Of a DNA stretch of 64,000 bases, positions 12,154 to 20,981 are shown one piece after another. Position 1 is the stretch's first letter; each line of letters opens with the position of its first letter. Location of the stretch: positions 556,321 through 620,320 of the forward strand of contig JAJYLR010000001.1 in assembly GCA_021787535.1 (NCBI GenBank). The letters are read 5' to 3'. A program made the translations under genes and the position numbers. A model generated the notes under the pieces. That model was not told where the DNA came from, made no database searches, and saw nothing but the letters and a program-made list of their open reading frames with translations. Source of the DNA: a bacterium (lineage in GTDB: Bacteria > Patescibacteriota > CPR2 > UBA1875 > JAJYID01).

Positions 12154-13440
12154 TTACTTTACGCAATATTCAAATAATTTATCAATTGTCTTTTTTGATA
12201 TAATTCCGTTTTCTATCTGGTGTTCAGTTTCATGATCGGCAAGCTGTTTTTTGACCTCTGCTTTCCTGTCTTCGCCGACTGACGCGAGAATGGTGTCTTT
12301 TTCCGCCTGTATTTCTTTATCTGTCGCTTTTATCTTCTCAAGTTCGGCAATTTTTGACAAGATCAGTCCGTATTTTACCCTTTTTGAAGCATCGCCTTCC
12401 ATTTCATGTTCCAGCTCTTCCCTTGTCTTCTTTGTCATTTCCATATATCTATCCATAGTGATGCCGGATTGGGCCAGATTGGCCTCGGCGTCGTGCCACA
12501 TCTTATGGACTTCCTGATGGATAAGCGCTTTTGGCAGTTCTATTTTGACCATATCCGATATCTTTTTCATTATCTCTTCTTCCAAACGCCTTTTCTCTTC
12601 CATTTCCTTCGCTTCTTCCATGTTTTTCTTAACTCCGGCTTCAAGCTCAATAACGTTTTTGAAAATACCAAACTTTTTGGCAAAATCATCTGTAACTTCC
12701 GGCAGAACCTTCTCGGAGATCGACGCTATTTTTACTTTGAAAGTAACTTTTTCTCCCTGCAATCTTTTCTCATGATAATCTTTCGGGAAAGTCACGTCGA
12801 AAGTTTTCTCTTCGCCTTTTTTCATGCCGACCAGGTTTTCTTCAAAACCGGGTATAAACATGCCGGCGCCAATCGTAATCGGATACTTTTCAGCTTTCGT
12901 TCCTTCAACCGGCACACCGCCTTTCGTCCCTTCAAAGTTAATCTCAGTCCGATCATCTTTTTTAGCCGCTCTTTTGACCTCTTTAAATTCCGCATATCTT
13001 TCACGCAACTCTTGAATAGAATCCTTCATTTCTTTATCCGTTACTTTGGCCGCTACGCGCGAGACTTTGATTTTTTTATAATCCGGCATCGTAAAATCAG
13101 GCAAAATCTCCACTTCCGCTTCAAATGTCAGGCCGCCGGTCGGAGCAAACTTGGTAACTTTAATCTCCGGCCGGCTAACCGTAATCAGGTTTTCTTTTAT
13201 AATGGCATTGTAATAAGCTTCAGGCAGAACAGCATCCATGACTTCCGCATAGAACTTATCCTGTCCCACTTCTTTCTCAACAATAAACTGCGGGGCTTTT
13301 CCCGGCCTGAAACCGGCAATTTTCAAGTTTTTAGCCAGATTCTTATACACTTTTTCAATATGGGGCTTGAGCTCGGTCTCTGGCACATCAACTGTCAGCT
13401 TTACCTTTACTTTCGATAAATCTTCCCTTTTAGTCTGCAT
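12154..13440 (-). CDS. tig: Trigger factor
   Basis: 428 aa; N-terminal ribosome-binding GFRPGKAPQ motif and tig-clpP adjacency. Confidence 0.9.
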   Translation of the reverse strand: MQTKREDLSKVKVKLTVDVPETELKPHIEKVYKNLAKNLKIAGFRPGKAPQFIVEKEVGQDKFYAEVMDAVLPEAYYNAIIKENLITVSRPEIKVTKFAPTGGLTFEAEVEILPDFTMPDYKKIKVSRVAAKVTDKEMKDSIQELRERYAEFKEVKRAAKKDDRTEINFEGTKGGVPVEGTKAEKYPITIGAGMFIPGFEENLVGMKKGEEKTFDVTFPKDYHEKRLQGEKVTFKVKIASISEKVLPEVTDDFAKKFGIFKNVIELEAGVKKNMEEAKEMEEKRRLEEEIMKKISDMVKIELPKALIHQEVHKMWHDAEANLAQSGITMDRYMEMTKKTREELEHEMEGDASKRVKYGLILSKIAELEKIKATDKEIQAEKDTILASVGEDRKAEVKKQLADHETEHQIENGIISKKTIDKLFEYCVK

Positions 13441-13510
13441 TAATCCCCTTTCTCATCAACAAATTTACAAGTTATAAAATTATATAATAAATAAAAACTT
13501 TGATCAATAG

Positions 13511-13540
13511 AAAAGCGCCCCAAAATTTAAGGGCGCTTTT
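13511..13540. terminator. Rho-independent terminator hairpin aaaagcgcccCAAAATTTAAgggcgctttt
   Basis: 8-bp GC-rich stem with A/T tracts on both sides, immediately downstream of the minus-strand small gene ending at 13559. Confidence 0.6.
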
Positions 13541-13558
13541 GATGAAACTGAAGATCAT

Positions 13559-13858
13559 TTAACTCTGTGTGAGTACGCCATACTCAGAGGGTGTCAGCAC
13601 AATCTCCCTCCCCGGTACTTCAACTTTGAACCTTTCTCCGTTTTCGGCGACTTTAACAACAACATCATCACCCATTACCACATAGTCACCTTCTTCGGTT
13701 TTTCTTATTGACGGAAAGTTGCGCTTTCTATATCTCTTCTGAGAGATAAAGGTTGCGCTCTCTCTCCCTGAGAGTATGCAACAACCCGGAGGTGCACCGC
13801 TTATAACAACAGCGAAAACTCCTAAACTAGCCGGCTGGTAATCGTTATGATCGTTCAT
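13559..13858 (-). CDS. Hypothetical small protein (about 100 aa) with consensus promoter, strong RBS and terminator
   Basis: ORF MMNDHNDYQPASLGVFAVVISGAPPGCC...; GAGGAGG sits 5-8 nt before the tandem ATG ATG. It is GC-richer than its surroundings, and no family was recognised. Confidence 0.55.
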   Translation of the reverse strand: MNDHNDYQPASLGVFAVVISGAPPGCCILSGRESATFISQKRYRKRNFPSIRKTEEGDYVVMGDDVVVKVAENGERFKVEVPGREIVLTPSEYGVLTQS

Positions 13859-13909
13859 CATTCCTCCTCGGTGCGCCAAACAAGAATTTATAGAAAACTT
13901 GGTGATCGG

Positions 13910-13938
13910 ATTATACGATAAAACCCTTAAGATGTCAA
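13910..13938 (-). promoter_or_regulatory. Near-consensus sigma70-type promoter (TTGACA-17-TATAAT) for the small gene at 13858
   Basis: On the minus strand: TTGACA (revcomp of 13933-13938), a 17-nt spacer, then TATAAT (revcomp of 13910-13915). Confidence 0.55.
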
Positions 13939-13962
13939 TCGATAGTTCTGTTTAATACAAGA

Positions 13963-13997
13963 GGGCTCGGGAACCAAAAGTTCCCGAGCCCGTTTCA
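13963..13997. terminator. Hairpin gggctcgggaacCAAAAgttcccgagccc + T-rich tail; likely pyrFE terminator
   Basis: 12-bp perfect stem downstream of the pyrE stop (14012); the minus-strand continuation is T-rich (tcttgtatt). Confidence 0.5.
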
Positions 13998-14011
13998 TTT
14001 CAACAGGAGAA

Positions 14012-14754
14012 TTATGCCGCTTCGGACATTGCTTTTTCAAGCGCATCCCACTTGTCTTTCGGTTTCCAGACGACATTGCCTGCTTCGATGTCGTCTTTGA
14101 CGTAAGGATCATCCTGACAATAATCCTTCATCTTGATGCGTACCAACTCTGTGACAGGAATGGATAAACCACCTTTGGTCATATAGGAACCATCCACATC
14201 CATAGACCGATTAAGAAGGCAAATAATTCTCCAAACATTACCTCCTCCGGCCTGAATCAGCGGAACCAGCTTCTCAGTTGTCGAGAAGTTATTGCAAACA
14301 TCCTCGACAATGGCATACCTGACGCCCGGTTCCACCGAGTCGCGAGCGAATACCAGATCCGTTTCCTCGCGCGAAGATTCCGTTGCCAGGGCAGTTACTT
14401 TCTTCTCGGCTTTTATGACGGGTACGCCATAGACGAGGCCGAGGATGGCGGCAAATGAATAACCGCCAAGAGGAGCGCCGCAAAAGGCCTGAATTGCACC
14501 GTAAAAGAGGTGGCCGATATCAAGGTCACGAGCATAATGCTCAAGTATCCAAGGATAGTTATCGGCTTTAGCGAAGTTACAGTAAACTTCACCGACTTTC
14601 TGCTTCTTCACTCCGTTCTCGTCTTCGTATGTGCCGGCATAGCCGACAAGCGGACCAATCCTTTTGCCGGACGCATCTTTCGGACACTCATAGTAACCCT
14701 TGATGGCCCGGAGAGTCCTGAGAGAATCACCCGGAACTATTTCTGCCTTCATTT
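14012..14754 (-). CDS. pyrE: Orotate phosphoribosyltransferase-like protein
   Basis: PRTase signature YAIVEDVCNNFSTTEKLV (VxDVxxTG-like PRPP-binding loop). It sits directly downstream of pyrF, and its start at MKAEIVPG follows AGGAGGAG. Confidence 0.6.
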
Positions 14755-14762
14755 GACTCCTC

Positions 14763-15635
14763 CTATTCTGGAATTGCGTTTTGTATCTGATCGCGAAGTT
14801 TGCGCGCTTCTTCCGCCGGATCGTCGGCGAAGATGATACCAGAAGACGAATTGATCGCAATAGAACCATATCCTGTCCACGCCGCCTTTACCGTTTCTTC
14901 GACATAACCGCCTTGAGTGCCAACGCCGGGGATTAAGAACCAGAGATCATCACCGACGATTTCACGGCAGCGAGTTAAATGCTTAGAATAGACATTCTCG
15001 GAACCTTTAGGACTCTCATACGCTGCGGCCATGACGAGACCGGCATTTTCAAGGACTCCCAGATCCTTTGCCCAACCGAGCGTTGTCTCGGCAATGAATT
15101 CCCAATAACGCCTGCCGTCTATCAGACCGATATCCTGAACTTCCCGCGCTGCCGGATTGCTAGTGTAGCAAAGTCCGACGATGGCGCGACCCGGATATTT
15201 CTCTTTGTCAACGAGAGCTGACATGCAATCCATTCCCATATAGGGCGAGAAATTCATACCGTCCACGCCGTCGAGGCCAAAGTGGGCTTCGCGATAGCGA
15301 GCTTGGGTCCGCCCGATATCACCGCGCTTGCAGTCAAGAAAGACAGGAATGTCTGGATAGTCTGTCTTGATATAATTAATCACTGCCCTAAGCGCCTTTT
15401 CCCCGCCGGGGATTGCCTCCCAATGAGCGCGCTGCGGTTTGAACATGCAAGCATAGGGAGCCGTTTCACCGATGACTATTTCTATTTCCATTCTTGCAGT
15501 TTCGGCCTCAGTAAAAGAAAGTCCCTTAACTTGCATTTTTTCGGCTAGCGGATCCAATCCCACACAGAGAAGTGACCCTGTCTTTTCCTGACGTTCCTTA
15601 AGCATTTGCCGAAAACCTTTCTGCAACTTCCTCAC
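14763..15635 (-). CDS. pyrF: Orotidine 5'-phosphate decarboxylase, long (type 2) form
   Basis: 290 aa; LCVGLDP, the DxKxxDIG-like motif (FLDCKRGDIGRT) and a C-terminal PGVGTQGG phosphate-binding loop. Confidence 0.8.
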   Translation of the reverse strand: MRKLQKGFRQMLKERQEKTGSLLCVGLDPLAEKMQVKGLSFTEAETARMEIEIVIGETAPYACMFKPQRAHWEAIPGGEKALRAVINYIKTDYPDIPVFLDCKRGDIGRTQARYREAHFGLDGVDGMNFSPYMGMDCMSALVDKEKYPGRAIVGLCYTSNPAAREVQDIGLIDGRRYWEFIAETTLGWAKDLGVLENAGLVMAAAYESPKGSENVYSKHLTRCREIVGDDLWFLIPGVGTQGGYVEETVKAAWTGYGSIAINSSSGIIFADDPAEEARKLRDQIQNAIPE

Positions 15636-15816
15636 CTATCCTTTCAGTTGTTTAATGTACAAAAGCAAAAACCAACCCTCCAGTTGGCTATAAACCCTTT
15701 GCCTCGCAGAAATAATCTACATTATTTTTTGGATTTTCGCAAATTTGGTTTGAATAATTCATTAATCAATCTCTTATGTTATACTTATTTTATAAGGTTA
15801 TAGGGAGAAGATTATT

Positions 15817-16704
15817 ATGGTAGAAGAACAAAGTTTCGGTGAACTCAACGGCCATGCGGTCGGCATCATAATGAAAGAACTCGTCTCAAGAGCTATAGCC
15901 GCTATTCAGGAAAGGCGCTTTATTTTCCAGAGTGAAGAAAAAGAATCTGACTATAAATCAGACACAGATTTTGTCACGGACGCAGATTTTCGCGCCCAAG
16001 AGATATATGTTAAATCTCTTATAGAATGTTTCCCGGACTTTGGCATCGTGGCAGAAGAAAAAAACCTAAAGAAAGAACCGGCATCAGGAATAGATGCTTG
16101 GTTTACAATTGACCCTCTGGACGGCACCAAAGCTTTCACCAGAACCGCTTCCAGCGGTATCGGCACCATGGTATCTCTAGTTGTAAACGGCCAAATAGCC
16201 GCCGCTTATATCGGTGATGTCATGACTGGGGAAATCTATGGTTTCCGGCCGGGTTCAGAAAAGACAAATAGGATTTCCAGACCGCATGGCGCTTTTAATC
16301 TTTCAGATAAGTTTGATAAAAAATCTCCTGCCGAAAAATATGCGGTATATCGCGGTTTGCCGTCAAGTTTTTCAAAAACTCTTTCTCCGCTTTTAAAGCC
16401 GGGCGGATTTTTCAAGGATGCGATCGTTGACAACGGCAGTATTGGCATTACCTTCACCCGCCTCTGGAAAGGAGAGGTATCCGGAGTCTTTTTAAAAAAT
16501 TTTGTTGAAACCCCTTGGGATTTGTGTCCCGTTCTTGGCATTTCAGAAAGACTGGGATATCACTTTATAGACATTGGCAAATCCGCTGATACCTTTAAAA
16601 TAGATCCTTTTACACCCAGCAAGGAGAACCAAAAGCCGATCGGTGATGTTGCTGTGATCCGTGAAGATTATATTCCATCTTTGAAAACCGCGCTTTATTC
16701 CTGA
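15817..16704 (+). CDS. Inositol monophosphatase / CysQ family phosphatase
   Basis: 295 aa; metal-binding WFTIDPLDGTKAF motif plus upstream EE and DAD residues typical of the IMPase/FIG superfamily. RBS AGGGAGAAG. Confidence 0.75.
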   Translation: MVEEQSFGELNGHAVGIIMKELVSRAIAAIQERRFIFQSEEKESDYKSDTDFVTDADFRAQEIYVKSLIECFPDFGIVAEEKNLKKEPASGIDAWFTIDPLDGTKAFTRTASSGIGTMVSLVVNGQIAAAYIGDVMTGEIYGFRPGSEKTNRISRPHGAFNLSDKFDKKSPAEKYAVYRGLPSSFSKTLSPLLKPGGFFKDAIVDNGSIGITFTRLWKGEVSGVFLKNFVETPWDLCPVLGISERLGYHFIDIGKSADTFKIDPFTPSKENQKPIGDVAVIREDYIPSLKTALYS

Positions 16705-16713
16705 TTTAAATAT

Positions 16714-17202
16714 TCACATCAAATATTTCTCTTTGACAAATTTATCAAAGCTGAGATCATAAAATTCTTGTATCGGATAAGAAATAAATTTATTTTCTTG
16801 CGGTAATACAACCTCGCTAATGCCGGATTCCATTAAGATTCTGCTGCAATGTGCGCAGAAAGAATCTTCCGTGGAATAGAGTTTATCTCCTTTGGCATAA
16901 GTCGAGTACAGAGTCGCGCCTTTCGGATCATGGCCTTTCTCGAGAGTATCAACGAGCGCTCTTTCTTCCGCGTGCATGGCAAAGCAAAGTTCGGTTTTCA
17001 CGCCTTTCTCTAGCATATCTAAGAGACAGGTTTCACAGCTATGTTGAAGCGGACCGTTATATCCTTCCCCTATTACTTTCCCGTCTTTTACTAAAACCGC
17101 GCCGATTCTTCTAACCGGACAAATCACTTTGCCTGAGATGCCGGCCGCTTTTTCCAAATATTTTTTAGCGCTTTCGCGCTCTTTGCTCTCTAATATTTCC
17201 AT
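16714..17202 (-). CDS. CMP/dCMP deaminase zinc-binding protein (dCMP deaminase/ComEB-like)
   Basis: 162 aa; HAEERAL (H-A-E zinc and catalytic motif) and a downstream CAHCSRIL (CxxC) motif. Confidence 0.7.
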   Translation of the reverse strand: MEILESKERESAKKYLEKAAGISGKVICPVRRIGAVLVKDGKVIGEGYNGPLQHSCETCLLDMLEKGVKTELCFAMHAEERALVDTLEKGHDPKGATLYSTYAKGDKLYSTEDSFCAHCSRILMESGISEVVLPQENKFISYPIQEFYDLSFDKFVKEKYLM

Positions 17203-17247
17203 AAAAAATAATTCAATAGGGATTTTCGTTATTCAAACACCAAACTT

Positions 17248-17334
17248 TGGTGCCGCGGGGGAGACTCGAACTCCCAATCCGGTTAAGGAACTAGTTCCTA
17301 AGACTAGCGCGTATACCAATTCCGCCACCGCGGC
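17248..17334 (-). tRNA. tRNA-Leu (anticodon UAG), with encoded CCA
   Basis: Reverse complement GCCGCGG...CTAGT-CTTAGGA-ACTAG...GGGAGTTCGAGTCTCCC-CCGCGGC-A-CCA. It has a 7-bp acceptor stem, anticodon loop CU-UAG-GA, a long variable arm and a GTTCGAGTC T-loop. Confidence 0.85.
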
Positions 17335-17432
17335 TAAATGTTGAACTATTCTATCATGTATCCTTACCGAAGTTAAGCATAAAAATCAAGTATTGGTTCC
17401 ATTCAATTACCAAAAAATTATGCAAAGAGAAA

Positions 17433-17454
17433 GGGCGCCTTTATTAAGGCGCCC
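17433..17454. terminator. Hairpin gggcgcctTTATTaaggcgccc flanked by A/T runs
   Basis: 8-bp GC stem. The minus-strand reading is followed by tttctctttgcataatttttt, so it could terminate a minus-strand transcript from the ORF-free region 17460-18300. Confidence 0.45.
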
Positions 17455-18030
17455 AGTTGCGATCAATAAAACGTGGGGAAATAAGAGATCGCAATATTCA
17501 CACAGTGCACTTATTACTTAAATTAATGAGATGACTTTCCCCAAAATCATCTCTTTCATCATAGCTTTTCCGTTTCTGTCTTTTTATCTAAGATGGTCTT
17601 CCATCAAGTGTGAAGCACTTTGACCCTTCAGAGTTGGAGTTATAGAACTCGAGCTCGGATCTAGTATTTACAACACTCTTTAAAAGGTCTTAGCATCGAC
17701 AACTACGGTACTTGCTACGACGGCTACTGATCTTTTCTTTTGCCCCTAACAATCTACCGTCGGCCGGAGTGCAAGTGATTTTGCCTACTCAAGACCGATT
17801 TCGGTCAAGGGAAACTGGCGCAATTCTCTTACAGCTACTCGAGCCCAATTGGTAAAGGGTATGTGACGACAAAAGTACCCAATCAGTAACACTAAATATG
17901 ATACACTAACTTCAAAATTTTGTCAACATTTTTCTGGCTCTCTAACCTTTAGCGTGGTAAATTCGTGCTTACTTGAGCACAAAAAAGTTGTCCGGACAAG
18001 TTTTAGAGTAAATTAATTTTTTTGCGTCTT

Positions 18031-18108
18031 GTCATTCTGGCTTGTCCAGAATCAATTTTTAAGATTTAAGGAAAAGGATTCCGGTCTCCTAATCGTCGCC
18101 AGAATGAC
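18031..18108. repeat. Composite palindromic repeat gtcattctggcttgtccagaatc ... gccagaatgac
   Basis: An inner hairpin attctgg/ccagaat plus an outer inverted repeat gtcattctggc/gccagaatgac 55 nt apart. The same 23-mer recurs at 21171, 55912 and 60215. Confidence 0.65.
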
Positions 18109-18448
18109 AATACTCATAAGATTTATTATTGCCAAGATTTACCACGCTAATCGGCGAAGAGTCCCATTTTTCTGATTTTTTAATTCCCTAAATTAAAAAG
18201 TCCCTTACGAGATCAAAAAACGTTTCGCATTAATTAGTGAAAAATGAAAAACAAACTAGAGTCTTCTTCCTTAGCAACTTACTAGCTTATCAACCATATT
18301 TCTTATTTAAAAGGCGCGGGGTCGCCGCGCCTTTCCGCTCGGATAGCGGCAATCCTGCTTATAAAGATAAGCACATATAAATTACTTATCCACCACCCTT
18401 AGATAAATTTTACAGCCGCCAAAAATCCAAAACAAGTATACAAAAATT

Positions 18449-18480
18449 AGCGGAGACTTACGTAAGTCTCCGCTTTTGTT
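18449..18480. terminator. Bidirectional terminator agcggagacttACGtaagtctccgct + TTTT
   Basis: 11-bp perfect stem with T tracts on both strands, immediately after the stop of the minus-strand 77-aa gene at 18480. Confidence 0.65.
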
Positions 18481-18713
18481 TAGCCATTTTCTGCTTCCTT
18501 GATGATCTCTTCCGGAATGTCCAATTTGTGTTTTTTGCAAAAATCACTTAACGACATTCCCGAATCAGCATCAATCCATATTGCCTCCAAATCAGGACAA
18601 TCATCGATACCCCAGAGGAGTATTTCCAGAACCTTCTCGGCACTTTCTATAGAGATATTCCATTTTTGGCTGGCATACGATGCAAGGGTTGTTTCGTCCA
18701 CCTTCATGCCCAT
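18480..18713 (-). CDS. Hypothetical small acidic protein (77 aa)
   Basis: ORF MGMKVDETTLASYASQKWNISIESAEKVLEILLWGIDDCPDLEAIWIDADSG...; 13-nt spacing to the upstream gene and shared terminator. Confidence 0.5.
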   Translation of the reverse strand: MGMKVDETTLASYASQKWNISIESAEKVLEILLWGIDDCPDLEAIWIDADSGMSLSDFCKKHKLDIPEEIIKEAENG

Positions 18714-18725
18714 TTCGCTTCCCCC

Positions 18726-19382
18726 TTACCCAGTATAGGTTTCGTAAATGTGGTAAGCCATGAGAACCTTGTCCATCCATCTTTCCTTGTGAACATCCTT
18801 TACAAGTTCCTCTAGCATCTCCCAGAGCGTTATGTCGGGAAGAGCGCGGAAATCGTCCTCGCCGATTCTGATACCACCCTTGGTATGCCAGTAGTCCGGC
18901 ACCTGGTAGAACTTCTTCTCTCCGAGAAGGCATGTCTGAATGTTGAAGAAAGACCTGCCTTTTGAGAGATTATATCTCTCGATCGGCTCCTTCATCGACT
19001 CTTCTTCATCCGCCTCGTCGAGAATATTGAACATCGGCCAGATAATACTCTCATCCGAAATGCCAACTTTGCAATAACTATTGTTCCTCTCGTCAATGTT
19101 TTCCACGACAATGAAAGGAACCGTCATGTCATTTGGCATCTGATTCCAGACTTCTTTGCATTTTAAGCAAGGCAGACCCGGCAAATCTCTCTCAAACAGA
19201 TCCGGCGAAAACACAAAGTTGTTGACGCAAGGATTATCTTCAATCCCCAGAGCCGCTTTGGCATGCCGCTTGCAACAAAAAAGCATTTTCCCCATTGGCC
19301 AGGCGCTGCCAACCAAATCGACGCCACAATTTCTATAACCGCACTGTCCCATCGAATGCAAAGCTCTAGCTGCTTCGGTCAT
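18726..19382 (-). CDS. Hypothetical Cys-rich protein (218 aa), putative zinc-binding N-terminus
   Basis: N-terminal CGYRNC...CCKRH...C...C..C cluster. GC-richer than its neighbours. Its own promoter has an extended -10 (TGCTAAAAT, minus strand about 19440). Confidence 0.5.
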   Translation of the reverse strand: MTEAARALHSMGQCGYRNCGVDLVGSAWPMGKMLFCCKRHAKAALGIEDNPCVNNFVFSPDLFERDLPGLPCLKCKEVWNQMPNDMTVPFIVVENIDERNNSYCKVGISDESIIWPMFNILDEADEEESMKEPIERYNLSKGRSFFNIQTCLLGEKKFYQVPDYWHTKGGIRIGEDDFRALPDITLWEMLEELVKDVHKERWMDKVLMAYHIYETYTG

Positions 19383-19498
19383 CTTAGGTCATCCTTTCGA
19401 AAATAAAGGTACAGTTAGCATAAAAGCTCTCAGATTTTAGCATAAAAATATTTTTTCTACTAGCAAGAAGCGGTTGTCTAGAAAAATCATTAAAAAGA

Positions 19499-19945
19499 CT
19501 AAAAAAGTTCTTTTATTTTCCGCCAATCTAAGGTTTGAATGTAGTCTTCCGGCAATCCGCAATCCTTAGCACCCTCAAGAACAATGCCTTGATACTTTTC
19601 ACCCGGAATATCTTCAACTGGATTGGGACGAATATAAACAATGGCCTTTGTTTTATTGCCTTCATCATCTTTCACTAAAACAATCTGTCTCTCATAAAGC
19701 CGTTCCTTATACCTCTCATATTCGTCAAGATTAGTGAGATCCTTTTTGTGAATGTCAAAAAGCCCTCCCCAAACAATATCTCCTTCAGCCGCGGCAATAT
19801 TACCGCAAGTGTACCAGAAACCGCATCCGCCATCGTAAACGAAGCGATAATTTTCCAGATGGGCCCTTTTCATAAACTTCGCCTCAGGACATCTCTCCCT
19901 CATCTGTTCAAAATTCATATTCGATCCGTAAGCAAAATATTTCAT
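19499..19945 (-). CDS. Gamma-glutamyl cyclotransferase-like (AIG2/GGCT family) protein
   Basis: N-terminal YFAYGSNM motif characteristic of the GGCT/AIG2 fold; 148 aa. Confidence 0.75.
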   Translation of the reverse strand: MKYFAYGSNMNFEQMRERCPEAKFMKRAHLENYRFVYDGGCGFWYTCGNIAAAEGDIVWGGLFDIHKKDLTNLDEYERYKERLYERQIVLVKDDEGNKTKAIVYIRPNPVEDIPGEKYQGIVLEGAKDCGLPEDYIQTLDWRKIKELF

Positions 19946-20631
19946 TTCATTTTCTCAATTCTTCTTTTAATCGGTTCACTTTTTAGCTCTCGGAGCGCGT
20001 CAGCCGCGATCCAGCGCCCTGGCCTCGAGCCAGTCTTTTGAATTTCTTCCGCTGTTTGAATCGCCTTTTCATAAAGATTTCGGTTTCTCATTTTTCCGAT
20101 GTTTCTAAGCGCCCAGTTGGCCGCTTTTTTGACAAAGTTTCGCTCATCCGCCGACTCTCTTTTAATAATTTTTAAAAATTCGATGAATTTCTCATCATCC
20201 GCTTCTTTATCATGCGCCGCAAGACCGGCCATCAGCGAGAAAGCGGCGCGTTTCACAAACTCTTCATCTCGGCCCGCCCACTCGATCGCCTTTTTGTAGG
20301 CAAACGCGGTCTGATCGAAAAGATCGGTTGTAGTAATATCGCACAACCCCCACGAATCAAAGTCGTTGGCCCAAACGTCCATCTGCTCTTCCGTCACCTT
20401 CTCCGGCTCATCGATCAAGGCCGCCAGCTGTTTGGCATCGCGAATTGGCTGCTGCCAAAGTTCAAGTGCCAGTTCATGGCTTTTGCCGATTTCTTTGGCT
20501 AATTTTCGTAAATTCGGCAGTGAAACTCCGATAGATCCCTCGACCGGACAGGCAAAACGCTCATTTCTCGCCAAATACTCAGGATCAGCAAGCTTATTCA
20601 ATCTTCCTATAATCTCTTCAACTTTAGTCAT
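19942..20631 (-). CDS. DNA alkylation repair protein (AlkD/AlkC-like HEAT-repeat family)
   Basis: 229 aa all-helical; matches the DNA alkylation repair enzyme family by pattern (…NFVKKAANWALRNIGK…, …WANDFDSWGLCD…). Confidence 0.6.
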   Translation of the reverse strand: MTKVEEIIGRLNKLADPEYLARNERFACPVEGSIGVSLPNLRKLAKEIGKSHELALELWQQPIRDAKQLAALIDEPEKVTEEQMDVWANDFDSWGLCDITTTDLFDQTAFAYKKAIEWAGRDEEFVKRAAFSLMAGLAAHDKEADDEKFIEFLKIIKRESADERNFVKKAANWALRNIGKMRNRNLYEKAIQTAEEIQKTGSRPGRWIAADALRELKSEPIKRRIEKMK

Positions 20632-20981
20632 TTTTTACTCTCTAGGACTTGGATCCTTATCCCAAGCGCACCATATTTTTCCTCTTTTTCCTTCGGATAG
20701 TAGTTCACATAAGTTGATGATATAAAATCTTCCCTGTTCCAGTTTCTAAAATGCCTTTCGCCCAGCAAATCATAAAGTTCGCCAAACGTTTTGCAAGATA
20801 TTAGTTCAACTACCTCAACCAAGAGTTTTTCAGCTAAATCAGGTCTTTTTAAGAACTCAATTTTGTCGCCAATCCTAAGTTTCTGCCTTTTCTCATCATT
20901 AAGCCGCACTTCGACAGTCTTTTCTCCGCTTTTCAGCTCTTCGAAGGGTCGTGCATTTAATCTCATATAATGTGTTTTCAT
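20628..20981 (-). CDS. ASCH domain protein
   Basis: 117 aa; MKTHYMRLNARPFEELKSGEKTVEVRLNDEKR... resembles the ASCH (PUA-like) beta-barrel N-terminus. 4-nt start/stop overlaps with both neighbours. Confidence 0.55.
   Translation of the reverse strand: MKTHYMRLNARPFEELKSGEKTVEVRLNDEKRQKLRIGDKIEFLKRPDLAEKLLVEVVELISCKTFGELYDLLGERHFRNWNREDFISSTYVNYYPKEKEEKYGALGIRIQVLESKK

Noticed and set aside
12406-13419. 337-aa plus-strand ORF antisense to tig
   Set aside because: Low-complexity Phe/Leu-rich translation fully embedded in the well-supported trigger factor gene on the opposite strand. It is the typical antisense ORF artefact of AT-rich DNA.
17335-18479. RNase P RNA, tmRNA or SRP RNA in the tRNA-adjacent ORF-free region (and in 29634-30177, 53959-54236, 59790-60494)
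   Set aside because: I searched by eye for the P4 strands (GGAAAGTCC ... ACAGAA.CC.GCUUA), the tmRNA 5' GGGG...UUCGAC / 3' T-arm-CCACCA and the tag ORF, and the SRP GGAAG..AGCAG..CC helix-8 motif. I found only partial, misordered matches. I cannot exclude divergent forms without a covariance-model scan.
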